In this document: positions 28,768 to 41,111 of the stretch, one piece after another
Position numbering within the stretch: the first letter of the stretch is position 1
Layout of the letters: every line of letters begins with the position of its first letter
Source: Daphnia carinata
Taxonomy: Eukaryota
Direction: 5' to 3'
DNA length: 64,000 bases
NCBI RefSeq assembly: GCF_022539665.2
Contig: NC_081334.1
Span: 2,356,001-2,420,000, forward strand
Program-made: the position numbers and the translations under genes
Notes under the pieces: model-generated
What the model saw: only the letters and a program-made list of their open reading frames with translations
What the model was told of the DNA's origin: nothing
Database searches by the model: none

Positions 28768-30121
28768 TCAATCACTATCGGTGGTATCGGCTTGTCCAGA
28801 GCGCAATTTCAGAAGATCCATCAGTTTGTAAGGATCTTCACCCGAAGTCAAATGAGCTATGTCTTCTGGAACGCAATAACGACGAAGAGGATTGGTGCGG
28901 ATCCCAGATTCTTCGGCGATGAAACGAAAGTCAGGCATACTATCCAGACCAACATAGTTTTTGACAACCTATTATTAGCAAAGGTTTTACAATGAGAATG
29001 ATGTCATTACCTGTGGGAACATGTGGCCGTCCCTAAATTATTGCTCGTCTGTAACAGATCTTCACTCCAGTCGAATAATAACGAGTCCGTGGTGATTCCA
29101 TAAGGATTGATGTCAACTAAAACGATTTTATCCTTCCGCTGTCGGACCACATCCATCACGTAATTATCGAGGGGGAATTTGGGACCTATCTGTTCTTTGA
29201 AGAAACTCAAGATATCACGTACTATGTCCTCCTTTTCTATTTCAATATGAGCACAGTGTATAGACTCGTCTCGTTGAGATATACCTTGATATAAAAACAA
29301 CAAATACGAATTAAAAGCTGCGATGTTTTAAAAATCTGTTACGGTTACATACCAATTAAATTCTTATTTCGTACGAAACAACGAAATTCATTTGCCGGGT
29401 TGATCTCGATCCACTTTCTGAGAATAAGATCATATTTAACAGGTTCTGAATTAAGGGCATGGTCTTCACAATCCTATAAAATACTGTTCAGTTTGTATCA
29501 TAATTTTTGGATTTGTTCAGTTAGATTCTACCTTGAATGGTTGGGTCAGGTCATGAAGAACAAAATCTGAGCTTTTCAGCAAGAGATGTACATCTGCAGG
29601 CATATGGCATTGGAGGGAATTATTTAAAGCAATCCACGAGGCATCCTAGAAGGTTAAAGATTACCAACTGCTGAATGGTTGTATAAATAAAATAAAAATT
29701 TAGAAATTCTTGAAAATCACAAAACCTTAGGCGAGCTCCAGTTTAACTTTACAAAGACTTTGCCACCAAATTCAGCTATTACATCTGCAATCTTTTTATC
29801 AATTTCTTCAAAATGTGGTGCCTAAAAAAAGAAAATTAGTCGAAATCGAATGACAATATGAATGACAACTACCTCAAGTGACGGTGTTTCACTTTCTGCC
29901 TTGATCCAACCTTCTTCGTCATCTTCGGAATCGCTGGAAGTTGATTCATTACCTTTATCGTATGTGATCAACGCTTGATCGCTACGCAGCACCAAGTTAT
30001 CGGCAAGCAAGTAATCAACGAACTCTTGTGACAATGGAATGATACGACTAGGAAAGGTGACCTTTTTAAAATGTGGATACCATTCGGAAAACGAGCACGC
30101 TAATATTTCCCAGCTTTTCAT
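28768..30121 (-). CDS. CDC123: Cell division cycle protein 123 (D123, eIF2 assembly factor)
   Basis: [14 protein letters not shown]...[79 protein letters not shown]...DSLLFDW; final exon ...[14 protein letters not shown]...DSD*. Confidence 0.95.
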
Positions 30122-31482
30122 TACTCTGTTTAAAATTTAAATCTTAACGTTGGCTCTTTCGACAGTTTGTATTATTTTACAGCCAAAATAGCAGACTACT
30201 AACGTGAATGTTTTTTCACTTTACCAACACGCTTCTGGTTGCCTAGGCCATCTTTGGAAGAAAAACTGAAGCTTTCTTTTTACTAACAGTGACAATCTAC
30301 TGGCGATGTTATCACACTGGTAAAAATGGGAAAGGAGTGCAAAATTGCTGCGCGTAAAACGACTGGTACGGTATCTAACATAAATGTAGAATCATTTTAA
30401 GTGAAATGAGAAGTGCTGGTGGCCTTTGGTCACCGCTACACTTGTGATCAAGTAACTTATCCCAGAAATCAATACGACATATTCTACGGAATACATTTTG
30501 AATTGTGCCAACTTAACTTTGAAAAATAAAATGAATTTGAAGTTAAATTAAAAACATAGTTACGGTGAAGTGAAGGGAAGGATAAAATTTCACAAACGCA
30601 CGGCCCATAAAATAATAGCACTTTAAAATATCTATGACCTCTCTGACTCACACTCCTGTGGCTACTGGTCAAAGGACGTGTAGAACATTCGCGCCTAAAA
30701 AATCCAACCCCACACCCCTCCAAGCGGCGGAAAAATGCTGCTGTTTTTGGTTGCAAATAAGTTGTTTATGTTACCCTCCCTCTCGCTTTCCACAAGGGAA
30801 AAAGGTTTTCTTGATGACGATGCAGCATTTTTAACCGCGAAAAAAAGAAAAAGAAAAAAAATGAAGTGGCGCTGAAAGTTTCCCGCCACCCGAAGAAATT
30901 GAATATTAATGAAGGCATGTATGTATAGCCTTGATGGATCTACTATTTTTCTCAGGTTTACCATATCTATTCGTATCCTTGTTGTAATGAAATAATATGT
31001 ATTGATTCTTTATAAAATACATTTAACAGTTATTTGCTCAATAACAGGGAAAGTAACATTATTTGTTAATATAATAAATATACATGAAACATACAAATTA
31101 ATGTAGAAGTATATGCTGTAGATGAAAAATACAAATTAAAATGTATATAGATATAAATCGCGGGGCTGAGCCTCGCTTCAAATTGCGGGGGGGGGGGGGG
31201 GGGGGGGGGTTGTCGGGTTTTTAACGGTTTGACCATATGCCTTTGGGTCGGCCTCAGGCCAAAAAAAGAAACCCGTTTACCTGCTACCCGATTACCCTGC
31301 TTTGTACCCTGCTTTTCCGTTTTGTGCAATACATTTCATTTTAAATTTATATTTTCATCCCTTATCCGCTATTTTTCACGTTTTTATGAGTCCTATCCCT
31401 TATGAGGGGTATTTTAAACCGAACCAAGCCACTTGAGAAGTACCGATTGGCCCGGGGTAGTCGGTGCGGTTTAACGTGTCTC

Positions 31483-31902
31483 GGGGAATCCCCTCCCTAC
31501 CCCCTCAGTGTACGAAACTTAAATAATTTTTACCAGTGAAACTATAAGTCTAAAATCAATAATTTTTACAGGAATAGATAGCTCTTGATGAGGGCTATCC
31601 ATTTCTGTAAAATTTGTAAAGAAATTTTCATAAACAAAAAAGTTTGAAGAGGCACGATATTTTTCATTTATATCAACTAGGTCGAGTATATTTGTAGAGC
31701 GCAAAAACTATCCAAAAATTTTTTTGTCAACTTTCTTTGTTTATAAGAATTCGTTTACAAATTTTATAGAAATGGATAGCCCTTGATGAGAGCTATACAT
31801 TTCTGTAAAATTTATGTATTTTGGACTTATAGTTTATTTTATAATAATTATTTTAGTTTCGTGTACTACGGGTAGGGAAAGCGGGGGGGTAGGGGAAACC
31901 CC
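31483..31902. mobile_element. Unclassified non-autonomous repeat: ~420-bp inverted-repeat element with two nested palindromic sites, inside an AT-rich block (about 30960-32225)
   Basis: Arms ~31483-31645 and ~31726-31902 are reverse complements; GGGGAATCCCC and GGGGAAACCCC hairpins lie at the ends; a poly-G run lies at about 31187-31209; no coding capacity. The mobile-element call is inference. Confidence 0.55.
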
Positions 31903-33273
31903 GAAATATTGAAAACTTTGGGGCATCCGTTCGGGCATTGTTTTTAGCTTTAAAATAATAATAATATATTCATTCGATTCGTATTAAAATAAGGAATATC
32001 GTGGTGTAATTAAAAAATTAATACATATTTATTAATAATTCTTTTTAAGGTATTGAAACGTGTAGTGAAAACTCACTGTTGCTAAGTCAAATCATGTTCC
32101 ATAAAATAAAAAAATATTTAATTAAGGTACAAAGTAGTGTATTGCATAAATTAAAACGAAAAACAAACAATAAATTTACATAATAAATATATGCCTAAAA
32201 ACACAAACAAATAAAGGCGCCAAAAAAATGTGGGAGCGTGCGAAACAGAGAGGGATGGAGAGGCTTAAAGGTGGGGAGAGAAAAAGGACCAATCAGAAGG
32301 CCAGGATATTTCTCCTGCGATGCAGACTACATCATAGCGACAGAGTTGTGCTGTACAGTCGCACTTGTCCTACCTTTGGTGGCAAGGAACCACATGCTCG
32401 TGTACGAGTCCTTGTTTCAGATTATTCAACCAAAGAAAACCAGGTAAGATGTTCTTTTCCTTGTTCTGGTTTCATTTCTATAGAGGTTAGATTACCGAAG
32501 CGCCAACTTCGTTGCTTTTTCTTTCAATTATCTGCGAACCCACAGATACATTCAAGGCCATGTGCTGGCTGTTGTGAGCGCGAATTACATGAAACTTGTA
32601 ATGTCCGATGCCAACGGCTCTTTAGTCAACAAGAAAATTTAAGGCTTGACGGTCAATGACTCGAGAGTTTCCAACTGTTTGTTAGAAGCATGGTATATAC
32701 TGACGTCACAATTTTTATGGAATTCAATAGCTAACTTCGAATGAAAAATGTAAGCTTCACACCTTGTTTTTCTCTACTTCTTATGAACGACAACTGAACA
32801 AGCATCTGAACTATTATTTTATTTGAAGTAATTAATCTACTCTAAAGAAAGTAAAACGTGAACAAAAGTAGTGACAGATGACTGCTAAGAAACGTCCTAT
32901 TATACAAACTTATGAATGCCACGTTCACTTTAGGGAATCCGGTTCTGTTTCCTGGTCGAATATGGCAGCTTATCATTCCAAGCACCGCCTGTCGGGATCA
33001 AAAGCAGCACGAGATCCCAAATTTTAAACTTGGTGTATGATATGTCCTTGAATTGACAATGCCATACGGACTTTTTCTTGCAAACATAGGTAAGTAAGGA
33101 GACGGATGCAAGCAATAAGGATACAGAAAGCTTCAACATTTTTCTCGAATCATTTGTCGTAACCGCCCCCCCCCCTCTCTTGCTTACTCTCCGTCTAGCT
33201 GGAAATTCAACAGAAAACCACTCGGCGGGCTGGCTTGGTGTTTCAAACGTCTCGCGGCTTTAGAATCGACAAG

Positions 33274-35217
33274 ATGACGTTTTCTGTGCTAGAATGGATC
33301 GCCGTTGTAACTTTAGCATTGGTTGGATTTAAGCTATCATGGAACTTCTTCCATTTTTTCTTCACCACATTTATTGGATCCTGGTTCAAGTTAAATCTCA
33401 ATCTGGTAGATTACGGACCGTGGTCGGGTGAGTAGAGTCTTCCTATTTTCTAACACTTTGCTGCTATACACTTCAGTACAAGATTTTAAGACGATTGGAC
33501 ATATTGGTTACTGTACAAAAATGTTGATTGAAATGTAAACTCAAAACGTCGCGTTTTCCCTGGCCGATTTTTTCTTTAATTAAATTTGCACGTGGTGACA
33601 CACCTTGTGGAAACATGCAAAACAGGTTACGATGCCCTTGAGTTGGAATGCGATTCCTTTGAATTAAAAAAAAAAGGGCAAGTGTGCATTGTTAGCAAAG
33701 CAAACCTCGAATGTTGAGATATTCTGTCATTTTTTCGTTACATATGGTGCTTAGTAAATGTTTACATAACGTAAAACGCTGACGTTTCTGTTGACATTGC
33801 AGTTGTCACGGGTTCGACAGATGGAATTGGCAAAGCTTATGCACATAAGGTATGACCTAAGTGACTCTTTGCAACAAAACAAGTCTGCAGTAAAAGTAGG
33901 CGCTTGAGATATTGTACTTCATTGTTGTTAATCATGGTTTACTTAACTTTCTTTCAAACCCCCTATAGCTGGCCGCAATTGGGATCAACGTCGTCCTTAT
34001 AAGTCGGTCGCCTTCTAAGCTTGAGGCAACAGCACGAGAAATTCGTAAGTCATATTGTTTCTTCTTCCGTGATGTTCCCTTTTTTTTTTCTTGGCTCGAC
34101 CGATTTCCTTAGTGTCATCAACCTCATTTCTTATTCCTTTTCGTATTATAGAAGCTCTTTATCCACTCGTTCGTGTTAAAACGGTGGCCGTTGACTTCAC
34201 TGGGGATCGTTCTATTTACAAGGCCATTACCTCTGAGTTGATGAACTTGGATGTTGGTATTTTGATCAACAATGTGGGCATGAACCCTGGATTTTGTCAG
34301 CCTTTCACGGATCTAGAAGACGAGAACGTTTTGGACGATATTATCCATTGGTATTTAAATTAAAGTTTTGTTTAAAAAACCTTCTATTAAAACATTGTTT
34401 TCCAATCATTTGTCTCCGAAAATGGTAGCAATGTGTTGTCCATGGCTCGAATGACTCACATGGTCTTACCTGGCATGATTCGTCGGGGTCGAGGTGTTAT
34501 CCTTAATATCGGATCTATTTCAGGCGCTTTCGCAAGTAAGTTTAAATGTGAAATGCATGAATTTAATCAATTTTAATGTGATTTGAAATCGCTATTTTCT
34601 ACAGCGCCTCTGGCTACTGTTTATGGCGCCACGAAGGTACGGTCTAATTACGAAATTATTTTTGAATTTTGCGTGCTTATTCTCATGTCCTTCATATTGC
34701 GTTCTGACGTTTTTGAAGGCCTTTGTTGACAAATTCTCGCGTGATCTGACAACTGAACTCGGTGGCACCGGAGTGATTGTTCAGGTAACAATATCAAATG
34801 TTTTCGGTTCTTTCTCATTTAAATATAAATTTCGAATTCTAGACGGTGTTGCCTGGTTACGTTATGACGAACATGCTAAATGACACGACCTTCAGTAAAT
34901 CCTCCTGGACAGTGCCGAACCCACAGGATTTTGTAGAGGCCAATTTCCGCACTCTAGGCCTCGAGTCACGCACTGCTTCATTTTGGTACCACAAGCTTAT
35001 GGTACGTCATAAGCTTTTACCTTTCTATTTCATATGTATCGCGGTCTAACATCCACTTTCAATCACCAAATCGGGTTTCATTTCGTGCGCGTAGCTTTCG
35101 TTTTGCGAAACCACGTGCTTCCTCCTTCCCGATGCGTTTAGCTTCTTCGCTCGTAAACATCTTGAGGGACTCAGAGTGGCAAGCGGACCTTTGAATTCGC
35201 TATCCTTCGCCAAGTAG
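33274..35217 (+). CDS. HSD17B12-like short-chain dehydrogenase (very-long-chain 3-oxoacyl-CoA reductase family), paralog A
   Basis: N-terminal TM segment; YGPWS|VVTGSTDGIGKAYA; VLISRS; GILINNVG; NIGSIS; YGATK|AFVDKFS; VQ|TVLPGYVMTNM. Confidence 0.92.
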
Positions 35218-36153
35218 TATGAACGCCCGTGACCGACGAAGAACACCTATACCAGTACGAAATTACTATATCTTTACACCGATTGTACTTTTTGTTTTCC
35301 GCGTTGTGATTTCCCTTTTTTTGTGTGTTCCTCAACATTTCCGTAATAATGGGGCTTACTATCATTTATTATATTATTCAATTTGTTAATCAGCCTCTTG
35401 TTACCGATTTGTGTTGTGTATTTAAGTACAATGTCCCAACGCTGTACTTACATGGATTTTCTTGGGTTATTATTTTTTATTTGTTAAAGTCTTACTTTGT
35501 TTTAAATTTAAAGTAAGATGTTAATTTGTTAATTCAAGAGGGATTTTTTCTTTTCGTTTTACGTTTTACGTTTTGTGACTCCTTTTCCTTCCTCTTGTCC
35601 GCCGTATTTGTTTTCCCCAGCGATACTTTGAACTGCTAAAACAGTGTTATGTCTACAGGGATGAGAGGTCTTGTGTGGCAGAACTATTCCTGGCAACGCT
35701 GGTGTGTGATAACGCGATGGGGACGGAATGGATTTTGACTAAACACCCTGGTGGGGGGGGGGGGGCCGATATGAGAAGGGCCTGGCTTGTATCAACTCCG
35801 ATGTCTCAGCTGATAACGTTCCCGGCTATTTGGAGAGATAGAAAACGAGGGGAGGCGAGCACACGGAACCTTTGCGCATGAGCGCTGGACTTTGGACATA
35901 TGGATCTGTTTTCATTGATGTTCTGTCGAGTTGTACAGCACAGAGGCAGTAGGGTTGAGGGGGAAACTAAGTTTGTAACGAAGGCATTCGTTATGCGCAA
36001 GCTCGTACATTGGCTTAATCTTAACGGTGACAGTTGTGTCTGCAGTTTTGACTAGCGATCGACATAATTTTGTTCGTAAACATTTAACGTTCCCCGTGCT
36101 TGCAGTTTCGTGCGAGTTCCATTTTCTGCAAGTTGCGAACATTATTTGGAACA

Positions 36154-37507
36154 ATGTGCTGGCTCGAAAGCCTGGGATTCGTAACCGGTTTGGTGTTAAT
36201 TTTAAAGTCAATTTACAACTTGAGCCATTTTGTTTATGTAAATTTCCTGGGCCGATTTATTGGGCACGGGCTCAACATCAGCAAATGTGGACCTTGGGCG
36301 GGTAATTCATTTATAACAAATACAAATAAAAATTTATTGATTTTTTTAATGATATTGACAGTGGTAACGGGTGCAACAGACGGAATCGGAAAATCTTATG
36401 CTCGTTTGGTATGTATTTATATAACCTGTATATACAAAATTAAAATATAAGTTTTATCGTTTTAAATGTTTTGCATTGTTTAACAGTTGGCAGCGAAAGG
36501 CTTGAACGTGGTGCTAGTCAGTAGGACGCCAGCCAAGCTACAGAAAGTTGCCGACGAAATCAGTTAGTTTAAAACATTTCAATTAAATGTATGTTACTTA
36601 TTTTAATTTATGTCTGTACATCTTTAGAAAGCGAGTATGGATCGATAGAAATCAAGACGATTGCAGTCGACTTCACGGATGGCAACTCGATCTACTCGAA
36701 ACTTGAAGCAGAGCTGAGTCAGTTCGAGATTGGCATTTTGATTAACAATGTAGGGATGGCTGTTGGGTTCGCCGAATCCTTTGCTGATATCGCTGACGAG
36801 AAGAGTCTTAACGATATCGTCAACTGCAATATATTATCGATGGTTCGTTCTTGTTGTCGTCTATTGGTCATAGATTATGGCTTTTAAATTATATTTATGA
36901 TGGTTAGGTCCGAATGTCCCGGCTGGTTCTACCCCAAATGATTAAGCGAAAGAAGGGCGTCATCGTTAACATCGGTTCGATATCAGGAGCATTCGCTACC
37001 CCTTTCGCTACAGTTTACGGTGCAACCAAGGTGAAAAGCAATCATTAAATTTGTCCCATAAACTCGTACTCATTAAAACCGTAAATTTAATTTTCTGTTT
37101 CAGGCATTTGTTGATAAATTTTCTTGTGATTTATCGTCTGAAGTCAAAGAATCGGGTGTTATTGTTCAAACGGTTCATCCTGGCTTCGTCGTCACTAACA
37201 TGTCGAAATTGAGGAAGGCCACTTGGAAGGCTCCTACTCCGGATAGGTTTGTCGCAGCAGCTTTGTCCACTTTAGGCCTGACCAATCGCACCTCTGGTTT
37301 TTGGTTTCACTCAATTCAGGTACATAAAATTAAGCAACCGTCCACCACCGAATTTAATGAATAACTAATTTGATTTTCCTGATTTCAAAGCTTTACTGGG
37401 GCGAATTAGCAAAATTCATTTTTCCGGAATCAATGGCATTTTTTACGATTAAATTTATGAAGTCGCATCGTCAAAGAGTACTCAACAGGCAGAGTAACTC
37501 AAAGTAA
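36154..37507 (+). CDS. HSD17B12-like SDR, paralog B
   Basis: CGPWA|VVTGATDGIGKSYA; VLVSRT; GILINNVG; NIGSIS; YGATK; VHPGFVVTNMS; ends ...RQSNSK*. Confidence 0.93.
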
Positions 37508-37950
37508 AATCATACGCTTAATATGCGTGAACTACAATGGAATCATCTAGTGAAATGTTTTACGATGAAATTATAAACATATTTTCAATATGTTTATTGA
37601 ATTTTTCATAATACAGACGTCACATTTCAAAGAGAAAATTTGAAATAGAAAAAAGGGAAAGTACGTCTATTTCTAATTCACTTTAATTAAGCGGAACTTT
37701 AGTCTTTATCGAGTTACTGTGGTCAGAGTTCAATAATTCGTACAGCTTTACGATGACTAAACAAAAAATGGGAAATCATGCTGGTTGGACGTGCTGTCGC
37801 ACAGCCTTAATGTGAGATATCTCAGCTAGTCTTATCATGAAGCCTATGACAAGGCAAAATGAACGTCCATGTAAGTGCAGTCGGTTACAACCATCGCTGT
37901 ATTTCAGTTGAAAATTTGTGTACTTAAATTGAATCATTTTTAATACACAA

Positions 37951-39222
37951 ATGTCGGGTTGCTGTTTAGCAGAATTTGTTGGCTGGTCAGCTTTGGCCAT
38001 TATTGCAGCCAACTCCTTGTATAATGTGTGTCATTTTATTTACACAACTTTTTTGGGCCGCCTATTAGGACATGGCATCGATCTTAAATCTTGTGGGCCA
38101 TGGGCAGGTAATTTTCAATTCGGATATTGGTATATAACATTTTTAACGTTCCCTTTTTGTTTCAGTGGTCACCGGTGCTACCGATGGCATAGGCAAATCC
38201 TTCGCCAAACAAGTAAAATTTATATTGCATTAATTAAAAATTAAACTAACAAATTAAAACTATATTTATTTTGGCTAAACGAAGCTCGCTGCAGCTCGCC
38301 TTAACGTCGTCCTAATCAGTCGGAATTCCACAAAATTACAGAAAGTGGCCGATGAAATTAGTAAGTTGTAGTTTTTTGAAATTTCAATCTGTCTATCATA
38401 TTTAATTAATTTTATGTATGCCTCTAGAAAGTGAATACAGTTCGATCCAGGTGAAAACGATCGCCGTAGACTTCACCGAAAGCCAGAAAATCTACAACAC
38501 TCTGAGAGATGAACTGAACAAGTTGCAAATCGGCATTTTGGTCAACAACGTTGGCATGTTGATCGGATTCGGCCAGCGCTTTGGCAATATAGAAGACGAT
38601 AAGGGCATTCACGATATAATCAACTGTAATGTTTTGAGCATGGCGCGCATGTGCCACATCGTTTTGCCTCAAATGACCCAACGCAAAAAGGGTGTCATCG
38701 TCAACGTGGGATCACTTACAAGCACAATACCTACACCATATCTCACCATTTACGGTGCTACAAAAGTAACTTTCAAACATTAACTTGTTCCCTACGTTCT
38801 AAATTTATTATGGCAAAATGAACGTAGGCATTTGTTGACAAATTCTCACGAGATTTGGCAGCTGAAGTCAAGTCGTTGGGTGTTACAATCCAAACTGTGC
38901 ATCCTGGTTATGTGGCCACAAACATGGCGAGTCACATGAAGCCTTCTCTAGTTAGTCCCCATCCAGATACGTTTGCCGCAGCAACGCTGAATACTCTTGG
39001 ATTAGAGCAGCGAACGGCAGGATATTGGACTCATAAAATACAGGTAAAATATGCTGTCATTTTATTACAATTAAAAACTGAAAGAAATAACCTTTGCATT
39101 GATCGCAGTTGTATTTCACCGATCTTGCAAATTTCTTTGTGCCGCGTCACGTGTTAGAAAAGGGTGCGATTAAGCATTTTGGCGAATTAAAGAAAGCTGC
39201 CCTAAAAAAGACATCTCGCTAA
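37951..39222 (+). CDS. HSD17B12-like SDR, paralog C
   Basis: CGPWA|VVTGATDGIGKSFA; VLISRN; GILVNNVG; NVGSLT; YGATK; VHPGYVATNMA; ends ...ALKKTSR*. Confidence 0.93.
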
Positions 39223-39709
39223 AACACGATTTCCGATTCTGCTTTAGTGGACAGAAATACAACGATCTTTGTTGTCCGAATTTGTCTTTATTATTCCATT
39301 CTTATATTATCCCACAAACGAAAGCGTTTCTAAAAAACAATGAGGCAGGGGATAATCTCATTTGTGTTAAAATGAAATGTAAAGGAAGGAATGTAAATAG
39401 ATACTGTTTGGTTTTCCCCCTTAAATAGGTCACATTGATGTCAAATAACCACACCGTATGGGTTCGTTTGGAGAGATAACCTATCGCATATAACGTACGC
39501 TTTTACGGTTGTACGCTATGAAAACAGAGCATAACCAAAAATTTTATCCGCAACGACCTGCGTATATCATCTATGCTGATAACAGTTTGAGAGCGAACTT
39601 GAAACCATTCAGTTATGGGCTCGTTCAAGCATTTTTTGGAAATAGGAGTGATTGATTTTCGCCAGTTTCATTCGACGTGACGCAAATAACTGGTGGACAT
39701 TTGTGCAAA

Positions 39710-41023
39710 ATGACATTCGTCATTTCGGTTGGATGGATTATTTTTACGCTAATAGCCATCAAATTGCTTTATAGTGTGTATCATTTTATTAACTCCATTT
39801 ATTTGATTGCTTCGCTGGGACATAGCCTTGATCTACGCCGATACGGACCCTGGGCGGGTATAAATAATGCAGAAATTTATAATTTTATTAATTTAAGCAT
39901 CCGACATTTTTATTTGTTAGTGGTAACCGGAGCAACGGATGGATTGGGCGAAGCATACGCTCGAAAGGTTCGTTTTTGTTTTCCATTAAATGAATTCAAT
40001 TTGGAATTTATGACAGACAATTTTCGATTGGGAGAAGCTGGCGTCTCTAGGAATGAACATTGTATTAATCGACCAATCGTACAGCAAGCTTCAAGAAGTG
40101 GCATACGAAATCAGTGATGATTTACGATATACATGGAAATTCTCTATTTTGATTTACTAATTAATTACGTTCATAGAACGAGAGCATCACACAGTCCACA
40201 TTAGGACCATCGCTGCCGATTTCACTGAAGGACAGTCAATCTATCCGATGTTGCGATTCGAATTAGCCAATCTACCATCCGGAGTTGGATTACTGGTTAA
40301 CAGCATCGGTATGGATGTTCCTTTAGATCCTTCTGAAGAGCTTACGCCAGACGATGAGATCCAGAAAATCATCAATTGTAACATTATGGCGATGACGAGG
40401 CTAACCAACATGTTGCTACCTGGAATGATTCAGAAACAGCGTGGAATAATTATCAACGTGGGGCCATTATGGGGCAACAGTTGTTCGAATTTGACGAAAA
40501 GTTCTGAACCTTACAATTCAGTTTATAAGGCAACAAAGGTCAATTCTCAATTTCTGTTACCGACGATAGTGAAATTCTTGTCAGATAATAAATAATTGTT
40601 CTTCCAGGCATTCGTGGAAAAATTTTCACGTGATTTAGCAGCCGAATGCCGTCAGGATGGAATAGTTATTCAGTCGGTTATGCCCGAGAGGTCTACAATG
40701 AACATTTCCTCATTAAAGACTATGCCATTCTTGTGCCTCCACACGCCAGACGCTTACGTGGAAGCCAATCTTTTAACGCTTGGCATCGAATCCACAGCAA
40801 CGGCATATTGGATTTACAAAATTATAGTAATGACAATGAAGTGGAAGAAAAATAAAAAAAATATCGCTTGCTTTCGATTTATTATTCATATCCAAACATA
40901 ACATTAATAATATTTAGTGATGCAAAGGTTTGGCTCTTTCCATTTCCACGATTTGTTTCCGCGTTTCATCGATCCCAGTTCCACCCAATAGCCTCAGGCC
41001 CTAGTGAAAGCAGAAGGCACTGA
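39710..41023 (+). CDS. Diverged HSD17B12-like SDR, paralog D (3' end uncertain; possibly spliced onto the downstream Myb/SANT-like ORF)
   Basis: YGPWA|VVTGATDGLGEAYA; VLIDQS; GLLVNSIG; NVGPLWG; YKATK|AFVEKFS; last conserved donor at 40827. Confidence 0.75.
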
Positions 41024-41111
41024 CGCCACTGTGGTTGCACTCGGCCGTAGCTATTTGTATGTAGCTGGCAAGCTCGTCATTGTCAGTAGAAATCGCCGAG
41101 AGATCAAAATA

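Noticed and set aside
31561..31813. CRISPR-like reading of the repeated palindromes
   Set aside because: Only two units, embedded in a larger inverted repeat, in eukaryotic DNA with no cas genes.
40989..40991. Stop-codon readthrough (TAG-C) linking SDR-D to the Myb ORF
   Set aside because: Reaching that frame needs a poor splice donor; splicing to the acceptor at 40997 explains a fusion more simply.
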